DNA from: an uncultured virus (IMG/VR IMGVR_UViG_3300025151_000021)
Taxonomy: Duplodnaviria; Heunggongvirae; Uroviricota; Caudoviricetes
Length of the DNA stretch: 27,051 nucleotides
Reading direction: 5' to 3' (one strand)
Virus record (IMG/VR): IMGVR_UViG_3300025151_000021
The first letter of the stretch is position 1. The number at the start of each line of letters is the position of its first letter. The notes under the pieces were generated by a model that saw nothing but the letters and a program-made list of their open reading frames with translations, did not search any database and was not told the origin of the DNA. Below are positions 26,576 to 27,051 of this stretch, piece after piece. Made by a program: the position numbers and the translations under genes.

Positions 26576-26820
26576 GAGGGAAAGGATAGGTACTATGCCC
26601 ATCATGCGGAGTAGGGAACTGCAACCGGGAAAGTTGCCTCGATGTTACTTACGACCCCTGTTAACCTGCTTCATATTTTATACCGGGAAGCCGCTACTTA
26701 CGTTCCTTGTAAGTGCGAACAAGTTCGGATGGATTTGACACCCCTCTTCTCACGAATGAGTAAGGCGAACCATCGTTAGTCTGCTCCTATATCTTCAATC
26801 CTTATTATTACTAAACCCTC
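26576..26820. ncRNA. Structured unit 3 (long) of a putative ncRNA array
   Basis: GAGGG/CCCTC outer stem, AAGGAT/ATCCTT inner stem, internal hairpins GCAAC/GTTGC, ACTTAC/GTAAGT and GATGG/CCATC. Confidence 0.5.
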
Positions 26821-26946
26821 TATCCCACGACTCGACACTTCATGTTCTTGCTGAAACAATCGCTAAACCATTTCAACTCAAAGGTGAAGGCTAATCCACC
26901 TGAACATTCTTTGTCTCCCTGAGCCATATGTGAGTGTGATATTTGT

Positions 26947-27051
26947 TTACTTCTTTCTCCTGTAAACTAGGAGTAGAGTCAGATAACCAATCAAGTCCTT
27001 GATGATGTCGTCATCTGATTCTAGTGAGTCATTACCGAGAACAAGCCTGTT
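26947..27051 (-). CDS. C-terminal fragment of a DUF1599/Nmad1-like (nucleotide-modification associated) protein
   Basis: Manual translation NRLVLGNDSLESDDDIIKDLIGYLTLLLVYRRKK-stop; the DLIGY motif is typical of this family. Confidence 0.5.
   Translation of the reverse strand, partial: NRLVLGNDSLESDDDIIKDLIGYLTLLLVYRRKK

Larger units (their letters stand above)
26329..26940 (+). repeat. Dispersed 10-nt motif TGAGTGTGAT (three exact copies, one 8/10 copy)
   Basis: Exact at 26475-26484, 26566-26575 and 26931-26940; TGATTGTAAT at 26329-26338. Confidence 0.75.

Noticed and set aside
26329..26940. Mini-CRISPR, TIGR-like array or hammerhead ribozymes
   Set aside because: The repeat is only 10 nt with very uneven spacing; no regular C/D box periodicity and no CUGANGA...GAAA core found by eye.

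Overview
This window is a single-direction (almost entirely minus-strand), densely packed and translationally coupled segment of a large archaeal dsDNA virus. Gene content most resembles Magroviruses, which infect Marine Group II/Poseidoniales; that assignment is inferred, not searched. The left half (1-13.5 kb) is an archaeal-type replication/recombination module: ERCC4-like nuclease start, fused primase, Cas4-like nuclease, family B DNA polymerase split into two genes, PCNA, Sak4/RecA-like ATPase, RPA-like protein, RFC small and degenerate large subunit, LAGLIDADG-like protein, ATP-dependent ligase and PC4-like protein. The right half has many small ORFs, a TFIIB homolog, class II ribonucleotide reductase and a pyrimidine-dimer glycosylase. 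Main highlights: (1) a dispersed virus-encoded ubiquitin-like kit (ThiS/SAMP-like protein ending GG-C, ThiF/E1, JAB/JAMM protease, possible E2-like protein); (2) a ~620-nt non-coding region (26329-26940) with three differently sized structured units sharing one architecture and a TGAGTGTGAT flanking motif; (3) a tRNA-like mini-element before the RNR gene; (4) an unannotated 23-aa PIP-box micropeptide. All calls come from reading motifs by eye; no searches were run.
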